Shown: piece by piece, positions 13,200 through 26,500 of the stretch
How positions within the stretch are numbered: position 1 is the stretch's first letter
How the letters are laid out: the number at the start of each line of letters is the position of its first letter
Program-made: the position numbers and the translations under genes
Source of the DNA: Antedon mediterranea
Lineage: Eukaryota > Animalia > Echinodermata
Reading direction: 5' to 3'
Assembly: GCF_964355755.1 (NCBI RefSeq)
Contig: NC_092671.1
Coordinates: forward strand, 20,274,001 to 20,338,000
DNA length: 64,000 nt
The notes under the pieces: model-generated
What the model saw: only the letters and a program-made list of their open reading frames with translations
What the model was told of the DNA's origin: nothing
Database searches by the model: none

Positions 13200-13560
13200 A
13201 ATAAGTCGATTCTAATAATTATAGCGGCCCGCTATAAATCCCAAAATGCATTGCGCGCTGATTGATATTTTTGTTTTTCACTTGTAATTCGCCCACTTTT
13301 CGATCGATCGTGAGGCCAAAACAAATGGAAGACTCCTAACTTTTCAGCGAAAATACCGGGTTTTCCCCAATTTGTATCAACGGAGTCTGGCAAAAATAGA
13401 AAGACAATTAATGCAGCAACTATACAACGTCAGGCTAGGTATATAGCTAGCGTACGATGTTCGTACGTTACCGATGTTTACCAGCTAGGCCTACAAAACT
13501 AAGCCTAGCTAGGCTAGGCCTAAGACCGTCCACGAGAGGTTGATCGCCGCGAGCTACTTA
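13200..13560 (+). promoter_or_regulatory. Putative MTRR promoter / first exon region with ZNF143(Staf)-like motif
   Basis: Locally CpG-enriched; GCTATAAATCCCAAAATGCATTGCG (13231-13255) resembles the ACTACA-n-TCCCA-ATGC SBS motif; the ATG exon starts at an acceptor (14431-14432), so an upstream exon is needed. Confidence 0.45.
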
Positions 13561-14434
13561 GGTAGTGCATTGTTTCTCACTTTTTATCATAATTTACCAT
13601 AAAACGTACATTTAAGACAAGGAATGACATGGTTTAATGTTTTTAAAGTGATATATATGTATTATTTTCCAAAAAACGTCCAAAATTGCAGGGAAGGGGT
13701 CTTTAAAAAAATGAATTTTAAAAAATTGACTTTTTTATGGGGCATGCTAGATACATTTTCTCCGTTTGTAGGTTTTTTAGGCTATAGCTCCCTTTAATTT
13801 TTTATGCTCATTTTTTGTAAATCTCTAAAATGACGAAAGCAGTTGTTCAGTTTAACTTGGCCAGCAGATGAATGTGTATGTGTTGTGCACTTGACCGGTT
13901 TAATAAAATACCATGTCAAACTGTAAAAATTGTGCTCTTGAAAATGGGTAATCTTATGCAAACTTTGTTAATCAATTATAGCTCTTCAGGATTGCTGGCG
14001 ACTTAACTTATCATAAAAGCCAATGAGTTGTGGATAGAAATTCATTTAAAATTTAGACGTAATCAATATGACCAACTTAATTCTAAAAAATGGATTTTTA
14101 TCTACAGTATTTCGTCACAGTTCATCACATTCAATAGAGAGCATGTATCATGTATCCATTATCAATTTTCAATATGTTAGTTATTACTTGAACAATTCTT
14201 GTTCAGACATACTTGAAAGTCATTGGCATTCATATGGTTGCTGATTGTCACTGGTGGATCCAGGATTTCTGAACATGACCATGAGGGTCTAAAAATGTGC
14301 TGAGCTTTTGCAATTAAACTCCGTTTATTTATTCACTGTAGCATGTAAACTACAGTATATAAACAATTGAAACTTAGTTTTGTAAATGTATATACCAATC
14401 ATAACAATAATATATTGTTTTCCCTTTTTTAGTA

Positions 14435-14569
14435 ATGGAGAGACGCTTTTTGCTTCTATTTGGTTCTCAAACTGGACAGTCACAAGCCGTAGCAGAGGAG
14501 ATATTTGAAAAGGCCCTTGAACATGGCTTTCAACCAGATCTACACAATATTAATGAGACAGAAAAGAAG
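14435..14569 (+). CDS. MTRR: MTRR coding exon 1 (flavodoxin N-terminus)
   Basis: MERRFLLLFGSQTGQSQAVAEEI..TEKK, donor GTATTG. Confidence 0.93.
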
Positions 14570-17500
14570 GTATTGTATTCAAAATATTTTGCATATTTTA
14601 CCACAGTGTTAAATTTACCTTGGAGCTTTAACAGTACTGTAGACAAAGAATAAGATTTGTAACACTAACAGGCCGTTTTTTTGCTAAAAGCATTTTGAGA
14701 TTCGAGACACTATTCTAGAAATTTAATAGGCAACTATTTAGAAGCAGGTACAAGGATGTTTAAGTAATTTGGCCAGAGGAAATTAGGCCTATGTATTATA
14801 CAGTTTTGCACATACTGTACAGTACTGTAAATTTTCACGCTGCTGCTTTAGCCAGCTACGTCCCAAGAGGACTACTCATTCAGAAGCTAAAGCAAGCAGC
14901 AGTTATAGTTCTAGAGGCCGACATTTTTGGTAATTTGTAAACTAGGACGGATCATGCTAAAATTACCAACCCAAAAGCACATCTGGGAGAGACAGTCAAT
15001 CAAAAACTTTGCTGTAGACAGTAATCTGTAAAATCTCTTTCAATAAAATAATGACTTTGTTCTTGCTGTCAACATAGGCCAGTATTATAATAATTCACTG
15101 TCAAATAATCAAAACATTATTTCGGTAGTGCGGCTGTGCACCAAGTAAAAGGAGCGGTAAGTGTCAATCTGTATTCTTGCACATGTTTCTCGCACCTCCC
15201 AAACATAAGAGCACCCCTTTTACCATTTCTCCAAACAACAAATGCAGTGATAACACTAGGCTAGGTTATGTTTCTTACTAAATAATATTGCAAAGCTGCT
15301 ATAGGCAATATTTTATCATGAAATATTGTAGGGTACATTATGATAACATTATATACATTTTATGTAATTTTTTTTAAGGGGTGTAGGCCTACAAGGACGT
15401 ACAAACAAGGAGGATGAAGTTGCAATCATATTTACTTCTTTCTAATTAGGCCTACACCACCAGAAAACATACATTGTTGTTCATCTTAAAGACAAACCAC
15501 CAAACATTCTTACCACCACAAATCAAGACATTTAACTAAACAACAGGAGACTGCAAGAATATTCAACTAGATTAAACTAAGTCACTGTTCTTCATTCAGA
15601 AATGATATTAACATACTTTGGAAGCTTTTACAAACATGAAAATTTACCAGACGACTATGAAATGCAGGATTATGTCCTACACCAAACATGAGTACGGAAG
15701 AAACTGGCATAATTAAATATTAATCAATAAAATAAGAAGAAAAATATACAGATGTTAACGAGATTCTGTTTGTTTTTTTTACAGTGAGCACTATTATTTG
15801 CGAAGACTCTGTACATTTGTATTTAAAATATACAGTACAGTATACAGTATGCTTATTAACTTTATCTTCCTTCTAATATAAATGCTGTATAATGCACCTC
15901 TCTGCACTATACATCCATTTATAGATTTGTGTACACAGCATTTTACTATATTACTCTTTATTATCTTTTTGATTCCTGAACCTTACAATCATTAAGAATA
16001 TACCCGCCCATTGGACGGGTACCTGCTACTGTAGTAATATAATAATATTCCTTAATTGCAAGACATTGATTGTAATAACAATCCATGTTTGATACAAATT
16101 TTATAATATGAAGATACAACTCCATAATAAAATAATGAGACAGGAATGTGGCAGGCCGATACCATGCAATACAGACACAAGTCTAAAGTTTATTTTTCAT
16201 ATTAAAATTCTCATGACGACAATTATATTTGGCTACATTACATCGTGTTTGACTGTATTTATTTGCTCTGTGTTCATTTTTACAATTTCCAGTTATTAAA
16301 ATTAATGCCAAAGTTCCTGTATTCGAGATCCATCTGGGCAATTTCAAGAGTATATGTATACATTTACGTAAGGAAGTAGGTTTTTATAGTACGTAGTTAG
16401 AGTTAGAGTTTTTTTTTGTATTCGGATTAAGGATATTTCAGTAAATTACACGTAACCCTTTTCTCAATGCTTTAGAAAGTGGGTTCTAAAGACTAGCTTT
16501 AAGATCTAAGCCACCCTAGTATAATCGTGAAATTTATCCGAACAACCTTTATACTGGAGCTTTAAGGTCTAAGCCATCGCTAATTGGTCTTTAATATCTT
16601 GTGTTTGGCAATTATACACTGGGACTAACTAACTGGGATCATAAAGTTGGAAGTGGGATTATATCCATATGGTACTAAATTTGTCATCCCTCTTTTTTGA
16701 TTGCTATTATCAATTGATTTTGTGATGTGGATATATGATATATACCGTATATTTCGGTGTACAAGTCGCACCTGTGTATAAGACGCATCCATAACGGAGA
16801 CTGAAATATTAGTATTTTTTATGTAGTCGATGTATAAGACGCACTTATTTCTAGGCCGAAATTTTAACATTTTACAATCAAAACAATGGTATTTTAATAA
16901 AAACAATGAAATTTGAAACATTTATTAAAATCAAATGATATAATTTTGTTTGAGTGCCTTTATTATTACATCGTAATCAGTCTCTCAACTGAACATTCAA
17001 TGAAAAGGGAAATCCCCATATTTTTTCAGTTATTATGCACTGTGTGGGTAGGGCTAGCTTATGTCTACTTAAGTAACTTTAATTTCATATTATTTAAATA
17101 TATACCTTCTTATTGTGTGTATGGCCATTATATAAAATCAATCTAAACGATGTTCAGTTTTTTGGGCTGAAAATGAAGCAGGAATATTATGTACGGTATA
17201 TGAAAATCTTTCCTATGCATGCATTAGTATATGTATAAAGAGAGCCCTAACCATGTGCTCCTTGCCTGGCCAGCACTGTTGGCCATATACATTATGAGAT
17301 TAGGGGAAGCTACTTAACACAATAACTTGACATACGAACTATTGCCTACATTATTATAAAATTATGTGATTGTTGACATAGAGATGTAATACAATAAACC
17401 ACCGTGATCAAGGGAAATAGTTATTGTGTAATTAAAATATGACACCACCGTAATTAATGGACTCTTCTATAAATGTGTTGTGCTGTGATGCTGAATGGTT

Positions 17501-20500
17501 CTAGAATATACACCCGCAAGTTCCGAGAGTACTTGGCCTGGTAGAATATCTAATGCAAGTAGTGTAAATATTAATTAATACACTCGAGGATGACAATTTA
17601 CCTTAATTAAAAATTCAATAAACTTGTTACCACCGTGATTAGACAGGAGTAACTAGCTAGGGCCTACATTACAGGAGTAGTACACTATTTTAATAGGCTA
17701 CGTAGGCCTCCTACTAGCTAGTTATTGAGGCTACTGTACACTGTTAACTAGCTTTTTAAGGGTGCGTGAGGAAGTTACCTGTGTATAAGACGCACCCAAA
17801 ATTTAGAGGTCAAATTTGCGCGTCAAAAGTGTGTCTTATACACCGAAATATACGGTATATATGATTTGGATTAGGTAAATGTTGCTTTTGTTTTTACCAG
17901 TTCAACATTGAAAAGGAGACTTTATTGGTGCTTGTGATATCAAGTACTGGTGACGGTGAACCTCCAGACACAGCTCTCAAGTTTTGGAGAAGAATAAGAA
18001 AGAAAACATTGGGAAGCGATTACCTTGGTAATCTTCGCTATACCATTCTAGGTATGGTGGATACAAATATTAATACAAAATAATTCTACATAGAAAAAAG
18101 CGATTGAAAATGTTGATATTTTTCACTAAAGTTGTGCAGCACCTCTCAAGATATTCTCAAACTTACCTATTTCCTTTTAAGTAAAATACATGTGTTCTGT
18201 AAATTAATGTTTATTGATTTTATGCTTTCATTTAACAACTTTCATTATACAAGATTATTGATATTGTCTTTTCTAAATGCTGATAATATTAGGTCTTGGT
18301 GACAGTAACTACTCAAACTTTTGTCAGAATCCAAAAAACTTTGACTTACGTTTTCAACAGCTTGGAGCTCAACATTTTTATTCAATGGGATTTGCAGATG
18401 ATGCCATTGGGTATGTTGGGTGTTTTTTTTTAAACTTTTTGGCATGTGGATGAATGAATTGATTTCTAAAAATTAAAAAATGCAGTGATTTTGTTTTTAG
18501 AGAATAAAAGCTATGTGTCCATTTAAAATTAAAGATTATATGTATTATTTAGGCTACATAATAAAACATGATAAAAAAAACATAATTAACACAAATTCAT
18601 TTTTCCATTTTGGATTTTTCACTTAATGACCCATCTCAAACCTCATGCAATTAACCAAATCAGCCAAAAAAGAACCATTGTAAATGATCAGAAAATTGTA
18701 ACTAGACGAAATAATAAATTTGAGTCAATTGTAGTTAGGACATCTGAAGACCAACTAAAATGTCCTAAGAGAATGGATGGGGAAAAATTGTTTTTTTTTT
18801 TCAGGTTAGAAATTGTTGTTGAACCATGGATCGACGGTTTGCTGTCTGCTTTGAAAATTCAATTTTCAGAAAAATCATCATCATTGGACCATGCGATAAG
18901 TGACAAAAACCCACAAACAGATTTAAATTTAAAACGTCAGATAGATGAAACTGATAGTGTAAAAGATGATAATAAACAGGATAATGTAGCAAATGAATTT
19001 ACAACTGTGGATTTAGCTATAGTTTCAACTGAAAAGGAACTTGCTGACATCAAGGTTGATGAAAAAACAATTGAAGTTTCATCATTGGTGAAAAGTATAC
19101 CTCCAATAGAAGGACAAATTGTTGTCCCAGCATTACCTCATTCATTTCTTGAAGTTCATTATTCTGAAGATGAAAGCATTGTGAGTTTAGTATTATATGT
19201 GATTTAACATGCATTGATATTTTGGTTTTAGAATAAATAAATAAATAATTAAATTTTAATATACTAGATTTAATTCTTTGTTTTCCTTCCACTGTTTTCC
19301 ATTTGACTTCATTTGCAAGCCTTATGTTTTTTTTAATCTACAATCAATAGGATCTTGATTCATTATGTATTCAAAACGGAGCAGCATTACCCTCAGCTAC
19401 TACAGATATAGTTATGGCAAATATTGTAAATGTGTCTACATTAACAAGACAGGATGCTGTGAAAACTGCCCTTGAAATTCAACTTGAAATTACGGTAATG
19501 TCTGTACATAACTAGGTAACAATTTCCTGGGGTTATATTATCAATTTTGTAGGAAAGGTGGTTTATATTTTATAATGAACAATAGGCATTTTAAACTTGG
19601 AGGTATCCTTTAAAAAAGAAATAAAGCATATGAAAAAAGCTAATATACACAGAAAAGCACACACCCTGGGGACAGGAAAAAGTGTAACTTACAAGATTCG
19701 TCTGCATACAATAATTTAAGTTTATAGGGCCAAATTATTTATGTGCAAAAGAGACTGATATTTAACCTAATATCTAAAGGAATCCAAGTCTTAATTTTTT
19801 GGAAATCGTAATTTTTATTTCTTTAAATTTGATGTTTGTGTGTTCAATAGTATTTGCATACAGTTTTTGTATATAAATTGTATTTGTTGAAAAATGGCAT
19901 GTGTCCACTTAAATTATATACAGTATACATATGTTATATGGTCAAAAGGTTTACAGAAATTGTTACAACCAGAGGCATAGATGATTTAGTAATAATGTAT
20001 ATGCTTTTTTTAATGAATTTTTATTAATGTTATGAGAGTTTTTCAAGAAAATTGGCAATTAGATAAGTTTAGTTCATTGTCAAGTGATGCATTGCAACAT
20101 GTTTTATGTAATAAGAAATCTTTCCAATGGAAATGTGTACTATTTCCCTATAAAAAACCTCTGAACTTTAATAATGTTTTCTTTACAATAATATCTGCTA
20201 ATTAAATTTCGAATAAGAAATGTGCTAAAAACTCTTCTTCATAGTTTCTCAAATAATGTTGTTGTTAATAGGAATCTGAAATGACCTTTGAACCAGGTGA
20301 CTCCTTTGGAATTGTTTGCGAAAATAGTAGAGATGAAGTAGAAGAACTTATACTAAGGCTTTCAGTTACAAATGTTGCAGATTCTGTATGTTACTTAAAG
20401 TTGAAAGAGGGAACAAGAAAAAAGAATGCTGCCATCCCTCCATTCCTACCAACACGTACAACTATTAGACACCTTTTAGTTACATGCTGTGATATTAGAA

Positions 20501-23500
20501 CACCCATAAAAAAGGTAAGTTAGATAGTTAATCCCTTTTCATCTTCATTAAGCTCACTTGACCTGACAGGGTTGTCAGCCCAACACAGTGTTTAACAAAA
20601 AGAGCTGAAATGAAACAGTACCAGGTTATCCCTAAAGACCAATTTACACAGTCAAATAACTGGATTTTGATATCGTCTAGCGCAATGCTCTCTGTATTAA
20701 ACTTCATCTTGTTGTTAGTGGTAAATTCCTAAACGTTATTCGCAATATTTATAGTGATATCTCATTCTCCACCAAATGCGGTGGCAAAATTACAAATCCA
20801 TTTAATTCAATTCGTGGTGTAATCTCAGCTCCTTATTGTTTAGTTTATTCCTTTATGATTTACCTTGTAGTTTATCAACCTAGCCTGATCAAATAACCAT
20901 CAAGAGTGAGAAATTATCGTTTAATGTCTTTTATATGATCATGTCAGAATCTGCTACGGGACTACACGCATCTTTCAATAAATTAGCTACTTATTGTAAT
21001 AAATGGAAATTGACTGTTTATATAGACAAAACCAAAGTTATGATATTTAACTCCACTGGTAGATTGTCAATAATACTGTTATTGAAAAGAATGCAGCTAC
21101 CTGAGTATTATCTTTATCCCATCTGGTTCATTTGTAACGGCTGTAAAAACATTACAACAGTAAGCTTCTAAAGTGAGGTATGGTCTCCGTATTTATTACA
21201 GAACTTGAAAAATACCAACATCCATAGCATTGGGTCAAGCTATATTGGGGAACCTTTACATTAATTAAAACTTGTAAAACCATATGAGGGGCAGAGTCGC
21301 AACCCGAACTTTTGAGATATTTAGCCTTGAAGTTCAGAATGTGAAAAACGGCCTAACCTATCCATTTTAAAATTTCAATAAAAAACGATACTATAAACAC
21401 TTATCTTTAAGATATCAAACTCTTGTTCATGAAAAAATATCACAAGTATGTTTATTTTGCAATTATTTAAGTCGTTTCCATTGAAAATGTATTAGGAAAT
21501 TGTATTTTTGTTCACTAAAAAAATCAACTTTCTTTATGGCGCTTTTGTAAACAAACCGCTAACACGAATGACGTCATGTTTGGTACCTATCTGTTCGAAA
21601 ATGTATCAGCTACCACAATTTCTAACAAGATTTTTTTTTTTAATCTAGCCAATGGAAATTGGTTTTATTAAGCTGTTAGGTTGCTAAAATTGCTAACAAG
21701 AATGTGTGAATCCTTGACTATGATTGGCTATAGAGATAAATTACGCTCTCTGATTGGCTGACGCTTTTGTTTTCTGATGGCTTCCACCGTGGTTTTTTCG
21801 AATGAACGTTTTAACATTTTGTGAATATTTAGGAATTTAATCATTATTTTTATCCACATATTTAAAAAAAATAAAAAATATAGCCGTTCTTGAGGAGCTA
21901 ATAGCGATTTTTTGGCTACCCATTCAATTCTCACATGTCATCTTAACGACCTGTTCACTCCCAATAACACCATTCGTAAATAAAACTTTACTTTACTTTC
22001 AACACAGTATAAGATATTCTGGGCCACTCATGTACTAAAGGGGTCGTCAAACACACGGCCAACCTGTGGTTCTTTTTTGGCCAGCCTGTGGTCCGAGGGC
22101 GCTAGACATTTGGCCAGCCTGTGGTCCCGAGGGCGCTAGCATGAAAACACACAGCCCGTCTCAGCTCTGTGATTCTTTTTTGGCCAGCCTGTGGTCCGAG
22201 GGCGTTAGACATACTGGCCAGCCTGTAGTCCCAAGGGCGCTAGACAACTTTTCCATGCTTTTCTAAAGTGAGCCCTCTACAGCTGTTTTCATTTTATAAA
22301 AACTTCACTGTGCTTTGACAAGAATATGTGTTGTAATTTATGGGTCTTAATGTTTTTGGACACATTTACGGCTGCCATCTTGTTGGTTCCCCCTCCTGTT
22401 GGAATCACTTTTCAGTCTGGAGTACACCCTCTAGTGTTCTTATTACATCTCTCTGTCTATGGCTCTCTCTGGCTGACCGAAATGTGTAGCACCCTCGGGA
22501 CCACAGGCTGGCCAAATGTCTAGCGCCCTCGGACCACAGGCTGGCCATAAAAGAACCACAGGCTGGCCGTGAGTTTGACGACCCCTGCTCCTCATGTATA
22601 ACAATCCCCCCCCCCCCCCTCAATTTCTAGTGCTGCCACCTGTTACTCATTCTCCAAGAAAATTAAAGATCACTTTTTGTCTCATTATTTAAATCAATAT
22701 GTTAGATATGTTCTTGGTCATTTTTCCATGTTACATTACTTGCTAGTTTAATTTATTTGTTCATTTGAAATTTTTTTATTCATTACTATGTAATTTTACT
22801 TTATTTTTTTCAACTTGTATACTGCTGCTACTATTATCTTAAATTAATATTTTTTAAATCTCAATCTGTCATTATATTTTTATTTTTTTTTTTTTTATTT
22901 ATTTATTCAGGTTTATACAATAAAAAACATGCAGCCCGAAGGCTGAAATTGTTGATTTACAAAAATATATATATAAATATATGGAAACAGAAACATTTAA
23001 AAAAAATACAAAAATTTATACAAAACATTAAAAAATTTGAAAAAATCAGTTAAAAAAATAAAATTATGTTATGTTAAAAAGATTACAAAATTTATATACA
23101 AATGCATAGGCCAATATATGTAAATATTTATAACATAGCCATCTTCAGCGTGATCAGGTACTGTTTGAATTAAGGATTCTACTTATGGTAAGGGCAGGCG
23201 AAGTCTTAAGACGGTTAGTTCTGCAAACAGGTATATTAATTAGGGGTTTATCTACCGTGGTTGATCTAAGCTCTCTATTAATAATGCGGTAGTCGGGCAA
23301 AATAGTTCTGTACAATTCCGATTTCAAGAGCCTTTCTCCAAATTTTTGAATCAACGTCTCTCGTCTGGATGCGAGAGTGGTCATATCAGTAAGCTCAAGA
23401 GCTGAATCATACGTAAGGAAAGCGGGACCCAGAATAATACGTAAAACTCTCTTTTGCACTCTTTCAATGGTCGATATTTGGGCCTTATTGATGCTTCCAT

Positions 23501-26500
23501 GCCACACAGGGCAGGCGTATTCTAAGATTGGGCGAATATAACAAACATAAACGGATATCATATCATGAACTGGTACATTGGCCCTTCTAAGGATATATAA
23601 CGTATACAACCTTTTGGATGCTCTTTTTACCATGTCACTGACATTATTATCCCATTTCAAGTCATCCTGGATTATAAGTCCAAGGAGCTTCATATACGAA
23701 ACAACATTAAGTGTTGTACCGCTAAGGTAATAATTAGGAGGGGGAATATTTCTTTTCAAAAAATTGACTTATTGTCTTTGTCTTTTGGCCTAAAAAAAGT
23801 GTCTTTTGAATTGAATTCAATCTCAATGATGTATGAAAGACACTAACTCTTTGGTAATCAATTCGATGCTTGACAACAGAAACTTGCAATCAAATAACTC
23901 TGTTTACTTGGTCCAGTGGTTTAGATACTCTACTTCAATTTTAAGGTGACATCTGGACAAAACCAAATACACTTAGTGCCTCTTAGTTAAAAAGAACAGT
24001 GTGTTAGAAATGAAAACACTGGAGATTTGTAATTTCATGCAAGAGTCTCGACTGATGCTGCTTGATTTATTCTCGCAATAGGCTACTTGAAAACTACAAT
24101 AAGAAGCAATATAAATCAGTATAGAATATACAATGGTAACCGGGTCAACTATAACATATAACAATAGAATATACAATGGTAACCGGGTCAACTATAACAT
24201 ATAACAATAGAATATACAATGGTAACCGGGTCAACTATAACATATAACAATAGAATATACAATGGTAACCGGGTCAACTATAACATATAACAATAGAATA
24301 TACAATGGTAACCGGGTCAACTATAACATATAACAATAGTCATGTCATAGTCATTCTCACTCCTAAGGACGATCAAAGCATATTGATCGAAACGTCGAGA
24401 AACTTAAGGATCGACTGGACCATTGACTGTTAATGGACACCATTCACCATAGCGGCTGCCTCGTACATATTGTGCTGAGTGATTCATCATTTAACTAGGT
24501 GGCCTGTTTCATTATTGATGCAAGTACTCTGCGCACTGAGCATATCCGACGGTCACAAACACCTCCTGTGTGACTGGCGGAAGGTGCATTCATCTTGAAC
24601 TCAAAGCTGTCACATCCTTCCTTCAGTAGAAACTTTGATACTGGTCGAGGTTCATTTCTTTCAAAGCTTCATCTAGTTCTGTGTAAGTTACCATAAAATT
24701 AGACCATGACCAGTTACACGAACAATTTCTTATTTGTTGGCCTAATTTAATGACTAATGATATCAACAACAATCAGTCGAAGATGGGCACTTATTGCCTA
24801 TTTCAAAATTCTTTTTTCTCTGAAAACTATTTTCTACGATTCAATGTTGAGATGCGAAATTGAAGATTGAAGAAATGTCATTTTTTAATCAAATGCTCAT
24901 TTTATTCAGATTTACGTTATAATTTGTATAGCAATATTAGAAAGGGAGCAATTTATTTTGATTATTTAAATGACAATGACATTCATTTTTCATATAGGAT
25001 TTCATTGTATTTTTCGGTTGTTAACATTAACATTTCAATTTATATAGCGCCTACAAGGATCAAAGCGCTTTACATTGACCAATCATCTGGTGAACATAGT
25101 TATTTCGGGAAAAGATGGGTTTTCAAGAGTTTCTTAAAAATTATAATTGAAGATGAGTCACGAATTGTGCTTGAAAGGTTATTCCAAAGGTCTGGGCTTA
25201 GCTTTGAAAATCAATGTTCACCAGATGATCGGTGAACACGAGGAACATTGAGTTTAGTCGGATCGTGTTCTGACATAAAACCTGCTCTTTGATAATTTAC
25301 CTACTAATTAAGTCACACATGTAAACCGGTGCTTGACCATTTACGCAATTATAAACTTGAACTAAAATTTTAAACTTAACCCTTTGTTCAACTGGCAACC
25401 AATGCAATTCTTTCAGAAACGGGCTAGTATGACCAATCTTGCCGAACGATTCTAAAGTTTCTGTAAACGATTAATGTTATCTTTAGTGACGCCGCCAAGG
25501 AGAGAATTGCAATAGTCAAGCCTGTTCAATACAAGAGAACGGACAGCATGGGCACATGTATTCACATCAATGTATTTGCAAATTTTCCCTAGTCCTCGAA
25601 GACAGTTGTTAACACTACTACAGATTGAACTAACATGGGCAGTCATGTTAAGTCCTTCATCAAATACAACCCCGAGATTGCGAGCAGATTTGTTGGAATT
25701 TATAATGAGTTCACCCACCCTAATTTCAATATTTTTCCTATCAAACTTACACCTCGTTGGACATAAGATTACTAATTCAGTCATTTAATTTTAGCTTGTT
25801 AACACACATCCATTTCCTTACATCGTCAATACATTTATTCAGCCTGCTTACTGCTGCGTTCAAATCGCATGGTTTTCTGGGATCAAAACTGACATACATC
25901 TGGGTATCATCCGCGTATAGATGGTATGATACACAATGTAATTGCATTATGTCTGAGATTGGTTTAGTATATGCAGTGAACAATGATGGACTTAAAGTCG
26001 ATCCCTGTGGCACTCCATGATCCAGAGGAGTACATTCTGATTCTGATCCAAGTATATGGTAACTTTGCAATACCGTTTCACTACATATTATTTGGACCAG
26101 TTTAAAGCTTTGTCCTTAATATTAAAATCATTTTTCAATCTATCAACCAGGGTAACGTGATCATAGTGTCGACCGCTGAAGACATGTCTAATAAAACTAA
26201 AATAACCACGCGCAATTTATCAAATTCATTGAGAATATCAGTCTTAACTTTTAATAGAGATGTGTCGGTACTATGTGCTAGTTTGTATGCCGATGGGAGG
26301 GGTTCATTTAAATTATTCCTTTGCAGATGATCATTAAATAGCTTAACAATTGGACGTTCAATGATCTTGCTCAACGTTGGCAAATTCGATACGGGTCTAT
26401 TTTTACTAAGTTGGTTACTGTCGAGAGATGGTTTCTTAATTATAGGATTTATTGCTGCCATTCTTAGATCAGAGGGAAACTCCCCCGACACATAAGAGCA

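Noticed and set aside
18626-18804. N-terminal parts of ORFs 18626, 37211, 41044 and 47197 as coding
   Set aside because: Intronic read-through upstream of clear polypyrimidine-AG acceptors
21283-22037. Separate TIR element starting ATGAGGGGCAGAGTCGC
   Set aside because: Looks TE-like, but only a weak 12-bp possible partner (about 22585-22596) and no TSD
22040-22587. About 30-bp repeats as a CRISPR array
   Set aside because: They occur in inverted orientation at both ends as TIR modules of a MITE
24121-24339. CRISPR-like array
   Set aside because: Units are contiguous and identical with no spacers; eukaryotic intron; no cas genes
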